Shown here: piece by piece, positions 54,461 to 64,000 of the stretch
How the letters are laid out: each line of letters starts with the position of its first letter
Numbering within the stretch: the stretch's first letter is position 1
The notes under the pieces: model-generated
The model's input: the letters and a program-made list of their open reading frames with translations, nothing else
Databases searched by the model: none
What the model was told of the DNA's origin: nothing
Position numbers and translations under genes: made by a program
Assembly (NCBI GenBank): GCA_003660975.1
Contig: QMVG01000003.1
Span: 53,235-117,234 of the forward strand
Source of the DNA: Candidatus Micrarchaeota archaeon
GTDB lineage: Archaea; B1Sed10-29; B47-G15
Length of the DNA: 64,000 nt
Reading direction: 5' to 3'

Positions 54461-54871
54461 ATGCTTATGGACATCATTGCATTTGTCTTGTTTTTCGTAG
54501 CTGCCTTGGTAGGTTTCTTAGCAGGAGCTATTTATTACCGAATGCGCTTTGCACTCTGGCTAAAGCGTTATGAGAAGGAAGTCAGGGAAGAGGCAGTGAA
54601 GAAGTCAAGAGCTGTCTTGGGAGGCAAATTTGCTGAACAGATGGCAGCCTATCTCCCGGGCTTTGACTATGACCCCACAGAGGCGAGGTTTATAGGAAGC
54701 CCCATAGATTTCGTAGTCTTTGACGGATTAGCAAAAGGGGATTTGAAAAAGATTGTATTTGTTGAGGTAAAAACAGGTTCATCCTCGCTCTCTGCCAGAG
54801 AGAATGCAGTGAAAAATGCGGTTAAGAACAAGAGGGTTGAGTGGAAGGAGATGAGGATAGGTGAGATTTGA
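54461..54871 (+). CDS. Membrane-anchored Holliday junction resolvase-like PD-(D/E)xK nuclease
   Basis: SRAVLGG..EQ, RFIGSPIDFVVF.G, EVKTG. Confidence 0.85.
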   Translation: MLMDIIAFVLFFVAALVGFLAGAIYYRMRFALWLKRYEKEVREEAVKKSRAVLGGKFAEQMAAYLPGFDYDPTEARFIGSPIDFVVFDGLAKGDLKKIVFVEVKTGSSSLSARENAVKNAVKNKRVEWKEMRIGEI

Positions 54872-55794
54872 TGGTTACAAAACGCAGAAAGATAGAGATG
54901 CTAGTAAACGGAAAGAAAATTCGCGTTAATGCGAAGCTAATAGACGAAAGGACTGTTCCCAAGTTCAAGACAGCAGAAGAGAGAATATCATATATCGTGA
55001 GAGAGGTTTTGAAGGAAGGCAAGATGAACGCAAGGTCGCGCTCTTTGCTGAAGCAGCTTTCTGAGGAATTGAAGAGAAACAACGTGGACGCTGCTTTTCT
55101 GAGGAATCTCATAAATAGTAATGGCATAAAAAACAACAATTCTGTATCAGGAAAGATATTAGGTAAGATAAAAAGCCACTTGGCACAAAAGGAAGAGCAT
55201 TTCTTCAGGGATTATCTTGATTTCATAGGCACTGGTCCAGCTATAAGAAAGAGCAGGACATACACCAAAAACAGGCATCTGCTCGCCAGCAACAAAGGAA
55301 AGACAATGTATAATAGCCTTAAGTCACCAGACGCGATGAGATACCTGGACACAGTGCAAGCAGGCAAAAAGATAAAGCCAGTAGGCACGATTATGATAGG
55401 GGAGGTTACTGGCCAGAGAATGGAAGAATCTGTTATAAGAGAGAAGGTTGGGAAGTACTTGCAGAAGCCGATATTTGACGGCCGTGAGCCTGCGGTTTTT
55501 GTTTTCCTTGGTTTTAGGGGGAAGGTTGATGAGAAAATCAAAAAACTGGAAAGAGAAATAAATGAGGAGATTAGGCAAAGGTATGAGAAGGAAGGTCTGC
55601 CGCTCCAGAAACTTTATATAATGGACACGCTAATGCTTGAAAAGCAGATTAGAGATAAGCTTAAAGTGATAGAGAAGCATATGGAAAATGCCAGTAAGAG
55701 GGGAGATAAAAATCTCTTGGCCATTAACAGAAGGAGATATGCCAAAGGCATTAGGCTCTTAGAAGAACTGGAGAAATTAAGGCAGCTCACATAA
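54868..55794 (+). CDS. Basic orphan protein
   Basis: ORF track, 308 aa. Confidence 0.7.
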   Translation: MMVTKRRKIEMLVNGKKIRVNAKLIDERTVPKFKTAEERISYIVREVLKEGKMNARSRSLLKQLSEELKRNNVDAAFLRNLINSNGIKNNNSVSGKILGKIKSHLAQKEEHFFRDYLDFIGTGPAIRKSRTYTKNRHLLASNKGKTMYNSLKSPDAMRYLDTVQAGKKIKPVGTIMIGEVTGQRMEESVIREKVGKYLQKPIFDGREPAVFVFLGFRGKVDEKIKKLEREINEEIRQRYEKEGLPLQKLYIMDTLMLEKQIRDKLKVIEKHMENASKRGDKNLLAINRRRYAKGIRLLEELEKLRQLT

Positions 55795-56857
55795 TATAGT
55801 CAGGAACCTTTTGCTTTATGTTGGCAAAGATATTTTCAACAGAAAGCACTTTTACACCTTTCTTTTTTAAGTATTTCTCCAATTGATGCACAGGCGCTGT
55901 TACTGTCTTCTTGCCCTTCTTGTCAGTCATCATGCTTGGGGACATCAGAGCCAGCTGTCTTTCTGGACCTTCTATTATCCTGTTTTCCAGTTCAGAGAGA
56001 AGGAACTGTTCTATGTAAACCATGCCTGCTTTAGTGTGTATTGGCATCAGTTTTTCCTCACTGCTTATGTCCATAACTTTCATTGAGCCGTCAAAGCTTT
56101 CCATTATCCTTCGCTTTCTTTCCCTCAAGTTCATTGTCATTTGGTAGACTAAATCCTCAAAAGGCATCTTTCTTTTTTTGGCAAGCTCCTCTAATTTCTC
56201 TATGAATGGTCTTTTCCCTTTCTTCCCTGCCATCTCTTTGAGCATTTCTGCCATTTTCCTAGCCGCGTCTTTCTTGCTCCTTACTCTGCCTTCACTTTCC
56301 ATTAGCGTTAAGTAATTTTCTACGGCCACTAACTCTTTGACAAGTTCCTTTGTTAGACCTCTTATTATCAACTTTTCTGATGATACGTCCTTTGCCCCTC
56401 TTTTCGATGCTACCTCCTCTACCACTGCAGTAATTGCTGCCTTTGGCACAGTGATGTTCTCAACCTTTATGCCTCTGTTTTCCAGTTTCTTATAAAAATC
56501 AACATCGTAGCTTTTGTCTCCTATCTCTTTTTCAACCACTATTGCTTTTGGTTTTCTCTTTTTCAACTCGGCCTCAATGAGCTTCCTTTCAAATATGTAT
56601 TTGGGAGGTATGGGGATTATGTCTATTTCTTTTATTTTGTTTCCAACCTTTACTTTTATCCTTTTGCCTCTTAGAACAGAAATAGCATTTCTTGAAGGCT
56701 TATTGCTTATTGTTACTTCTGACTCCTTCTCATAGAATCTTTTCATCTGCTCTTTTTCAGCAATCTTCCTGGCAAGCTCCTCTCTTGCGCTTTTCTCTGC
56801 CTCTATTTTGAACACTTCTTTTCTGACCTTTTTCCTTATCCTTTTTCCTTTGTTCAT
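55787..56857 (-). CDS. Basic orphan protein
   Basis: ORF track, 356 aa; MNKGKRIRKKVRK. Confidence 0.7.
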   Translation of the reverse strand: MNKGKRIRKKVRKEVFKIEAEKSAREELARKIAEKEQMKRFYEKESEVTISNKPSRNAISVLRGKRIKVKVGNKIKEIDIIPIPPKYIFERKLIEAELKKRKPKAIVVEKEIGDKSYDVDFYKKLENRGIKVENITVPKAAITAVVEEVASKRGAKDVSSEKLIIRGLTKELVKELVAVENYLTLMESEGRVRSKKDAARKMAEMLKEMAGKKGKRPFIEKLEELAKKRKMPFEDLVYQMTMNLRERKRRIMESFDGSMKVMDISSEEKLMPIHTKAGMVYIEQFLLSELENRIIEGPERQLALMSPSMMTDKKGKKTVTAPVHQLEKYLKKKGVKVLSVENIFANIKQKVPDYIM

Positions 56858-56876
56858 AGTAATATTATTGCAGTAA

Positions 56877-57590
56877 TTATTTATAAAATTGTATCACTTT
56901 GTCAGCAATTGAAGTGAAGAGCTCCGAGCTTCCGGCAGCAATAGGTTTTCCTTCATCAGAACTCCTTGATATTTCTGCTTCTAGCGGAATACTTCCTAAA
57001 AAGGTCACGTTTTCCTTCTCTGCAAAGCGCTTTACATTGCCAGAGCCGAATATTTTGCCAGACATGTTTTCAATAACTCCTATGACCTCTATGCCAAAGC
57101 TCCTGCACATGTTTAAGGCTTTTTTGACATCAAGCAGCGAAACCTCCTGCGGTGTTGACACAATTATTGAGGCGGCATTTTCTTTTAGTAGCTGCATAAC
57201 TGTGATGGTTTCATCTCCTGTGCCAGGAGGCAAATCAACTATCAGAAAATCAAGTTCAGGCCACTTAATATCCTGAACAAATTGTTGGATTAACTTGCTC
57301 TTCAAAGGCCCTCTCCATATAACAGCGTCTTTCTCATCTTTTAGGAGAAATGCCACTGAGACAACGAATAGGTTTTCATTATACTGAATTGGCGATATCT
57401 TGTCTCCATCTACCTTTAGCCTCTTTCCTTCAAGGCCGAGCATTTTAGGCACATTTGGGCCGTGGATATCTGCGTCTAAAAGGCCAACACGCTTCCTTTT
57501 TGAGAGAGCAACCGCAAGGTTTACTGCAATCGTTGTTTTGCCCACTCCTCCTTTATTGCTCATAACAAGAATTATTTTCATAGTTATCAC
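56877..57590 (-). CDS. Mrp/ApbC/Nbp35-family ATPase lacking the C-terminal CxxC
   Basis: KGGVGKT, DADIHGP, WRGP, DLPPGTGD, TPQ, ENMS. Confidence 0.88.
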   Translation of the reverse strand: MITMKIILVMSNKGGVGKTTIAVNLAVALSKRKRVGLLDADIHGPNVPKMLGLEGKRLKVDGDKISPIQYNENLFVVSVAFLLKDEKDAVIWRGPLKSKLIQQFVQDIKWPELDFLIVDLPPGTGDETITVMQLLKENAASIIVSTPQEVSLLDVKKALNMCRSFGIEVIGVIENMSGKIFGSGNVKRFAEKENVTFLGSIPLEAEISRSSDEGKPIAAGSSELFTSIADKVIQFYK

Positions 57591-57640
57591 TAATATTAGC
57601 CCACAATGCTTTTAAAAACTCTTGTTGCTTAATCTCTAAC

Positions 57641-58165
57641 ATGGAGGAGATAGAGGTAAAGGTAATAGAGGTTGACGACTCAGTTTTGAATAAGTTGGAC
57701 AGCATGGGCGCTAGAAGGTTATTGGATGCTGATGTAATTGTAGTCAAATATGATTTTCATGACAGGGCTCTGCAATCTCAAGGTGCGAGTCTGAGGCTGG
57801 AGAAACAAGGTGATGAGTCAAAGATAAGCTTTAATAAGATAGTTGAAAAAGGCGGGAAAAAGATATTAGCAGAAATAGAAACAAAATTAGATGATTTTGA
57901 TTCTATGGACGGCATTTTAAGGGCTATTGGCATGGAGAAAGTGCAGCAGTATAAGAAGCATAGAATAGCTTTTGAGTTTGGAGATTTTTCAATCGCTTAT
58001 GAAAAGTATGAGGGAATCCCAGCACTGCTTGAAATAAAAACAAGCGACATAGACAAGGTATATGAGCTTGTAAGAAAGCTGGGCATAGACGAGAGAAAGG
58101 TAAAAAATTGGAGCACAGAGGAACTTTTTGACTATTATGATATAACTAATCTACTGCAAGTCTAA
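57641..58165 (+). CDS. CYTH-domain protein (class IV adenylate cyclase-like)
   Basis: EIEVK, LRL, K.R, LEI. Confidence 0.8.
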   Translation: MEEIEVKVIEVDDSVLNKLDSMGARRLLDADVIVVKYDFHDRALQSQGASLRLEKQGDESKISFNKIVEKGGKKILAEIETKLDDFDSMDGILRAIGMEKVQQYKKHRIAFEFGDFSIAYEKYEGIPALLEIKTSDIDKVYELVRKLGIDERKVKNWSTEELFDYYDITNLLQV

Positions 58166-58286
58166 TCAGATCATAGAGTCTTCTTCTAAAATATAGGAAA
58201 TTCCACCATGGAGATTTGATTGAAGGTATAACCAAACCATATAAAAGGAATAAACTTAAATTGAATGATAGCAATAATAAGAATTT

Positions 58287-58604
58287 ATGAAGCCATTTAA
58301 ACAGGTTGTTGGGTGTCCTTTTTGTGGAGAGAAAACAATTAGTATGCTAATAATTCCAGGTCATTTTGAAGATAAGGTGAGTAGAGGAAGCGGACAGAAC
58401 AGTAGACAATCTGTTTATGTTAATGAAAAAAGAGAAATACTCACAGGTTGTTCTGCATGTGGTAAGAGCCTCAGCCAGGTAAAAAAAGCGCTTTCTGGGT
58501 TTTTAGAACAGCATGCCCAAAAAAAGTGTATAATGTGTGGCAAGAGACCTCCCCATCCTGGCTGGACAATGTGCGATGACTGCGCCGAAAAATTCGGGAA
58601 ATAA
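58287..58604 (+). CDS. Double zinc-finger hypothetical protein
   Basis: CPFC, CSAC, CIMC, CDDC. Confidence 0.7.
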   Translation: MKPFKQVVGCPFCGEKTISMLIIPGHFEDKVSRGSGQNSRQSVYVNEKREILTGCSACGKSLSQVKKALSGFLEQHAQKKCIMCGKRPPHPGWTMCDDCAEKFGK

Positions 58605-58651
58605 TCCATTTACATCTTTCCTTTTCCCCGTAGTCCTTTCTTTGCAACATA

Positions 58652-59344
58652 TCAGCGCCTGCGCCTTTTTCCTTTTTTGACCAAGCGTTCAAGCACCTTT
58701 CTTGTATCTCTTCTGTTTCCTGTTATTTTAGATAATTTAGATTTTATGGGCCTATGCAAAATATCATACTGCGTTTCAACTTTTATCATTTTTGGACGAT
58801 TTAATAAAGGCAGCCTTGCTCCTTGTTTTTTCAAATACGCTCTTTTTCTTAGGCCGTCAAAGTCATCAACAATGGTGACATTTTTTCCTTTTTTCATTAT
58901 TTCAGGGTCAAACTTTTTCACAGCACCGTCAGCACCTATCATCTTGCCTATAAACTCTCCTGCTTCTTTGCCGAGCGTCGTATGCACCAGGACTTTAAAG
59001 CCCTGCTCTTTTAATTGCTCTATTGGTCTCCTGATTTCTTCCAATCTATTCTCAGTCATGCTTGTCATCCACTCATCTAGGATTTTCCTCCCATAGGGGT
59101 CTTTTGATGCTTTGTCAAAAACATTTGCCACAATTTTTCTGGCCTCAGCTTCTTCTTTTTTGCTGAGCTTTCCTCTTTTCTCGTTTGCCTTTCTTATGAG
59201 CTCTCCAATCCGCTTGTATTCATCATCGCTGCATATGCCTCTTTCATACATTGCAGGTATGAACGAGAAAAAGTACTTTCTAGGAATTATAACTCCTGCT
59301 ACATCTATCAAGACTATTTTCTCACTGTCCTTTTTTCTTGCCAT
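58652..59344 (-). CDS. Basic orphan with degenerate HAD-like fold
   Basis: IVLIDVAGVI, VLVHTT, TIVDD; basic at both termini. Confidence 0.55.
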   Translation of the reverse strand: MARKKDSEKIVLIDVAGVIIPRKYFFSFIPAMYERGICSDDEYKRIGELIRKANEKRGKLSKKEEAEARKIVANVFDKASKDPYGRKILDEWMTSMTENRLEEIRRPIEQLKEQGFKVLVHTTLGKEAGEFIGKMIGADGAVKKFDPEIMKKGKNVTIVDDFDGLRKRAYLKKQGARLPLLNRPKMIKVETQYDILHRPIKSKLSKITGNRRDTRKVLERLVKKGKRRRR

Positions 59345-59389
59345 GAAAATTATTTACAACAGAAAGAAATAAAAAGTTATGCAAGGATA

Positions 59390-60022
59390 TTACAAATTAG
59401 CAATGATGCCTGTGAGCTCTGTAATTGATTGCACCCTATTTTTGACATCAGGTCTTTTATTCTCCCTGTCTATCAAAATAGCCTTCATTCCTACGGATTC
59501 TGCTCCTCTTATGTCCTCTTCCAATGAATCACCAACCATCACTGCTTCATTTGCACTACAGCCAAGCTCTTCCAAAGCAATTTCAAATATCCTTTTTTCA
59601 GGCTTTAGGAAACCAACGTTGCATGACAGTATTATAACATCAAAAAGTTGCTTGAGCTTGAATCTCTCTTTTAGACTTTCATAACTTTGGCAGGATGTGT
59701 TGCTTAATACAGCTGTTTTATATCCTCTTTTTCTTAGCTCTTTTATGCCTAGCTCTGCATCCTTAAAGATGTGTATGTCTTTGATGATGAATGACTCTGC
59801 CAATTTGTGAAGCAATGCTGTATTATAAGGGATGCCTTCCTTTTCCAGAAATTCCCTGATTATTTCCTCAATGCTGTTTATCTTTCTCGTAAAGAAGCAT
59901 CTTTCAAATCGCTCTTTGAACTCTAAATTTTCTTCAATGCCCAGTGTATTGATAAATCTGTGAAACGGGGAATCACCATAGAAAACAGTATTCCAGCAGT
60001 CAAATATGAAAGCCCTTATCAT
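59390..60022 (-). CDS. HAD-family hydrolase
   Basis: FDCWNT, LSNT, KP, VGDS...D. Confidence 0.88.
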   Translation of the reverse strand: MIRAFIFDCWNTVFYGDSPFHRFINTLGIEENLEFKERFERCFFTRKINSIEEIIREFLEKEGIPYNTALLHKLAESFIIKDIHIFKDAELGIKELRKRGYKTAVLSNTSCQSYESLKERFKLKQLFDVIILSCNVGFLKPEKRIFEIALEELGCSANEAVMVGDSLEEDIRGAESVGMKAILIDRENKRPDVKNRVQSITELTGIIANL

Positions 60023-60090
60023 CTGTACACCAAAAATCAGTTATGAAGGAGAAAGTACGCGAAGCAGCAAAGCCCTAGGCAAAGCCTATA

Positions 60091-63068
60091 GCAGAAGCAC
60101 GTCGAGCTTTTAGTACTTGCCGGCTGAACGCCTCGCCGAAGCTTGGCGCTTACACCGCAAGCCTATCAAACCCGTCTTCTACGGGCGCTCTCCCCCAGTG
60201 CATTACCTCCTTGCGGAGGATACACCGGGATGGCTGTCTATTTTTGGGGGGCGCTTCAGGCTTAGATGCTTTCAGCCCTTATCGCCTGGGGCGTAGCTGC
60301 CCAGCAATGCACTGTCGGACAACTGGTACACCAGAGGCCCCGACCCATTGTTCCTCTCGTACTCAACGGACCTTCCCCTCAGACAGCCCACACTCCCAGC
60401 AGATGACACCGTACTGTCTCGCGACGTACTGAACCCAGCTCGCGTGCGGCTTTGATGGGTGTACAACCCTACCCTTGGCAGCTGCTGCACTGCCAGGATG
60501 CCACGTGCCGACATCGGAGTTACAAACCGCGGGGTCGATAGGGACTCTAACCCGCGACAATACTGTTTCCCCCAGGGTAACTTTTCTGTCAGGACAGGCC
60601 CCCACCAAGAGGGCACTGTAGTTCGCTAGGCCCTGCTTTCGCACCTGCGTTCCTCTCTGTACGGAACACAGTCAAGCCGGCTTTTGCCCTTGACTCTCTA
60701 CGACCGATTTCTGACCGGTCTGAGCCGACCTTTGGGCACGCCTGATACCTTTTCAGGCGTGTGCCGCCCCAACCAAACCGCCCACCACATGCTGTCCCCT
60801 GCTTTCGCAGGGTGAACGATGTGGTTACGGACAGTTGGTATTACACCGTTGGCTCCACACTCCCCGCAGAGAGTGCTTCGAAGCCTCCCAACTATCCTAT
60901 GTATCCGCAAACACACCGTAACATGAGGCTGCGGTAAAGCTCCATGGGGTCTTCTCGTCCCACTGGGAGTCGCAGGCATGTTCACCTGCCAGTGATTTCA
61001 CCGGGTCCTTCCTGGGGACAGTGGGGGAGTCGTTACGCCCTTCATGCAAGCCGCCAATTAAGCGGCGAGGTATTACGCTACCTTAAGAGGGTCAGAGTTA
61101 CCCCCGCTCTTCACCAGCGCTTAGCCGGGTTGAACCCCGGTTTCACGTACTGGCAGTGAGCAGGCGTCAGCCCCAGTACTTACCGTTACCGGCTAGCTGG
61201 GACTTGTGTTTTTGGTAAACAGTCGCTCCCCCCTTGTCACTGCGACCTACCTTTCCCTGCAGAGCAGAGAAGGCAGGCATCCCTTCTACCGAAGATACGG
61301 GACTAATTTGCCGAGTTCCCTCAGGAAGGGTCGCCCGTCACGCCTTAGCCTTTTCAGCTAGGGGCACCTGTGCCAGTTCTAGGTACGGTCTTGGGGACTC
61401 CCATTTTCGCTCCCACTTTTCACGGGCTCTGGGACTCACCCGAACCGGCAAACGCCGGCCATTCGCAGTTTGGGCTGCTTCTCATCGTGACGATACTCCA
61501 CAGTCCTATCCTGCTTAGACATCGCGACGGCGATGCTCAGGCTATCCCAAAGCGTCATGGGAGCGACATGCGTTGCCGCAGGTATCCCCAAGGTACGGGA
61601 ATATTAACCCGTTTCCCTTTCCTCCGCGTCGGGTTACGAGCGGAGTTAGGACCGACTAACCCTCAGCTGATGAACATTGCTGAGGAACCCTGGCCCTTTC
61701 GGCGGAAGCGATTTTCACGCTTCTTTGCTGTTACTATCGGCAGGATTTTCATTGCCACGCGGTCCACACGACGTCACCGCCGTGCTTCTGCCCACGCAGC
61801 ACGCCTCTCTACCGCAGGAATTCTCAAGAATTCCTACCCAGGGTATCGGTACTTGGCTTAGCCCCGTCCATTTTCGGCGCCAGTTTCCTCGGCGGGTGAG
61901 CTGTTACGCATTCTTTAAAGGATGGCTGCTTCTAAGCCTACCTCCCCGCTGTCTGTGGAAACTGACCTCCTTTACCCTTTAACACTTAGCCAAGATTTAG
62001 GGACCTTAACCCTGGTCTGGGTTGTTCCCCTCACGGACACCAAGCTTACCCCGGTGCCCCGACTCCTGCCTTCTACGACGATAGTGCATTCGGAGTTTAA
62101 CAAGGAGGCCGAATCTCTCGACCCTTAACCTCCTAATTGGTGCTCTACCGCACTATCCATCTCCAGCAGGGTCATCCTACGGGATGTATCGAGAGGAGCC
62201 TGCTATCGCCGAGCTAGATTGGCCTTTCACCCCTACACCCAGGTCACCCGAGTGAGTTGATCTCAACACCGGTTGATGGCCTCCACCAGGTTGTTTCCCG
62301 GCTTCGCCATGCCCAGGTGTAGATCGCCCGGCTTCAGGTCTTGCCGCTGTGACTCAGGCGCTGTTAACACCTTCCTCCTCGCCCAGAGGGCTGCGAGGCA
62401 TTGGTTTCCCTTCGGCTTCCCCTCTTCGGGTTAACCTTGCCACAACGACAAACTCCCTGCCCAGTGCTTCATGACCGAAGATGCGACCCCGGATAATCCT
62501 CCCTCGTTGCCTTCGGGAGGAGTACCTTTTGAGCCGCATCGCCTGTCGCCACTTGGTTTCAGGCTCTTTTCACTACCCTTTCGGGTATCTCTTTCACCTT
62601 TCCCTCACGGTACTAGTTCGCTATCGGTCTTGGGGCGTATTTATAGTTGGGAGTTGGTTCTCCCGCCTTCACGCACCAGTCAAGGTACGCTACTCTTGGA
62701 CACTCCTAAGAACCTCTCTTTTCCTGCCTACGGGGGTATCACCCTGTAGCCCGCCCCGTTCCAGGGGACTTCGGCAGTTGAAAAGAAAGGTCCAAAGAGG
62801 CCAAATCCACATTGCATATACGTTGCCGCATATGCTTCAGATTGCTATCTTCCCTTTTCGCTCGCCGCTACTCAGGGAATCGCTGTTGCTTTCTTCTCCC
62901 GCGGGTACTAAGATGTTTCAATTCCCCGCGTTCCTGCTCCCGAAGGAGCAATTCGGGAATCCCAGGTTCAAAGGCTGCATGCGCCTACCCTGGGCTTATC
63001 GCAGCTTGCCACGCCCTTCATCAGCTCCCAAGCCGAGGCATCCACCAAGTGGCTTATTGCGCTTCTGC
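60091..63068 (-). rRNA. rrl: 23S rRNA
   Basis: Conserved domains incl. sarcin-ricin loop AGTACGAGAGGAAC; ends placed by the helix GCAGAAGC/GCTTCTGC. Confidence 0.95.
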
Positions 63069-63205
63069 CATTACTGAAAAAGCTTTACCTAAGGCGCTCA
63101 CTGTTAATCGTGAGACGATTAGGGGGCTGCTTCGCATACTTCCTCATTGCGAACATAATGATTCGCTCGAAGGAATATGAAGCTTGGCTCCATATCCCTT
63201 TACGA

Positions 63206-63277
63206 TGGACCCGGAGGGATTTGAACCCCCGACCTCTTCCACGCCAAGGAAGCGATCTACCACTGATCTACGGGCCC
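63206..63277 (-). tRNA. tRNA-Ala (GGC) in the 16S-23S spacer
   Basis: GGGCCCG..., anticodon arm CTTCC-TTGGCGT-GGAAG. Confidence 0.95.
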
Positions 63278-63357
63278 AATCTCCGGGTCCCGTAATCAGT
63301 AAGCCCGATAGAGGATTTTGAGTTCCTGTGGGAAACCCCTTTGCACACATTATAGAA

Positions 63358-64000
<643 letters not shown>

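Noticed and set aside
60091-63068. Introns or large insertions in 23S
   Set aside because: Length of about 2980 nt is normal and no AT-rich or ORF-bearing insert is seen

Overview
This is a 64-kb chromosomal window from an archaeon, most likely a small-genome DPANN-type lineage. That assignment is inferred from archaeal rRNA, Dph5, EndA, HARP, class III signal-peptide proteins, the AMP phosphorylase/R15P isomerase pair, and many orphans. Housekeeping genes include ACD alpha/beta, a beta-CASP RNase, NMD3, TrpRS, GlyRS, xth, UDG and Mrp. RNA genes are a minus-strand 16S(partial)-tRNA-Ala(GGC)-23S operon, an unlinked 5S rRNA, tRNA-Ala(CGC), a compact RNase P RNA and a candidate C/D-box sRNA. The most notable candidate systems are: (1) an AT-rich KaiC-like ATPase / V4R sensor / class I isoprenoid-synthase-fold operon behind a degenerate Nudix gene, possibly a make-and-sense isoprenoid signalling module; (2) an HD-domain gene flanked by two attC-like hairpins and enclosed in 21-bp terminal inverted repeats; (3) several integrase-free micro-islands bounded by short direct repeats, including a radical SAM/SPASM gene between two copies of the xth 5' end; (4) a dispersed set of orphan proteins with Arg/Lys-rich N-termini; (5) compensatory changes at normally invariant rRNA decoding-centre positions, plus substitutions in the peptidyl-transferase centre. 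No CRISPR array, transposase or integrase was seen. All family calls are from motif recognition by eye; no database searches were run.
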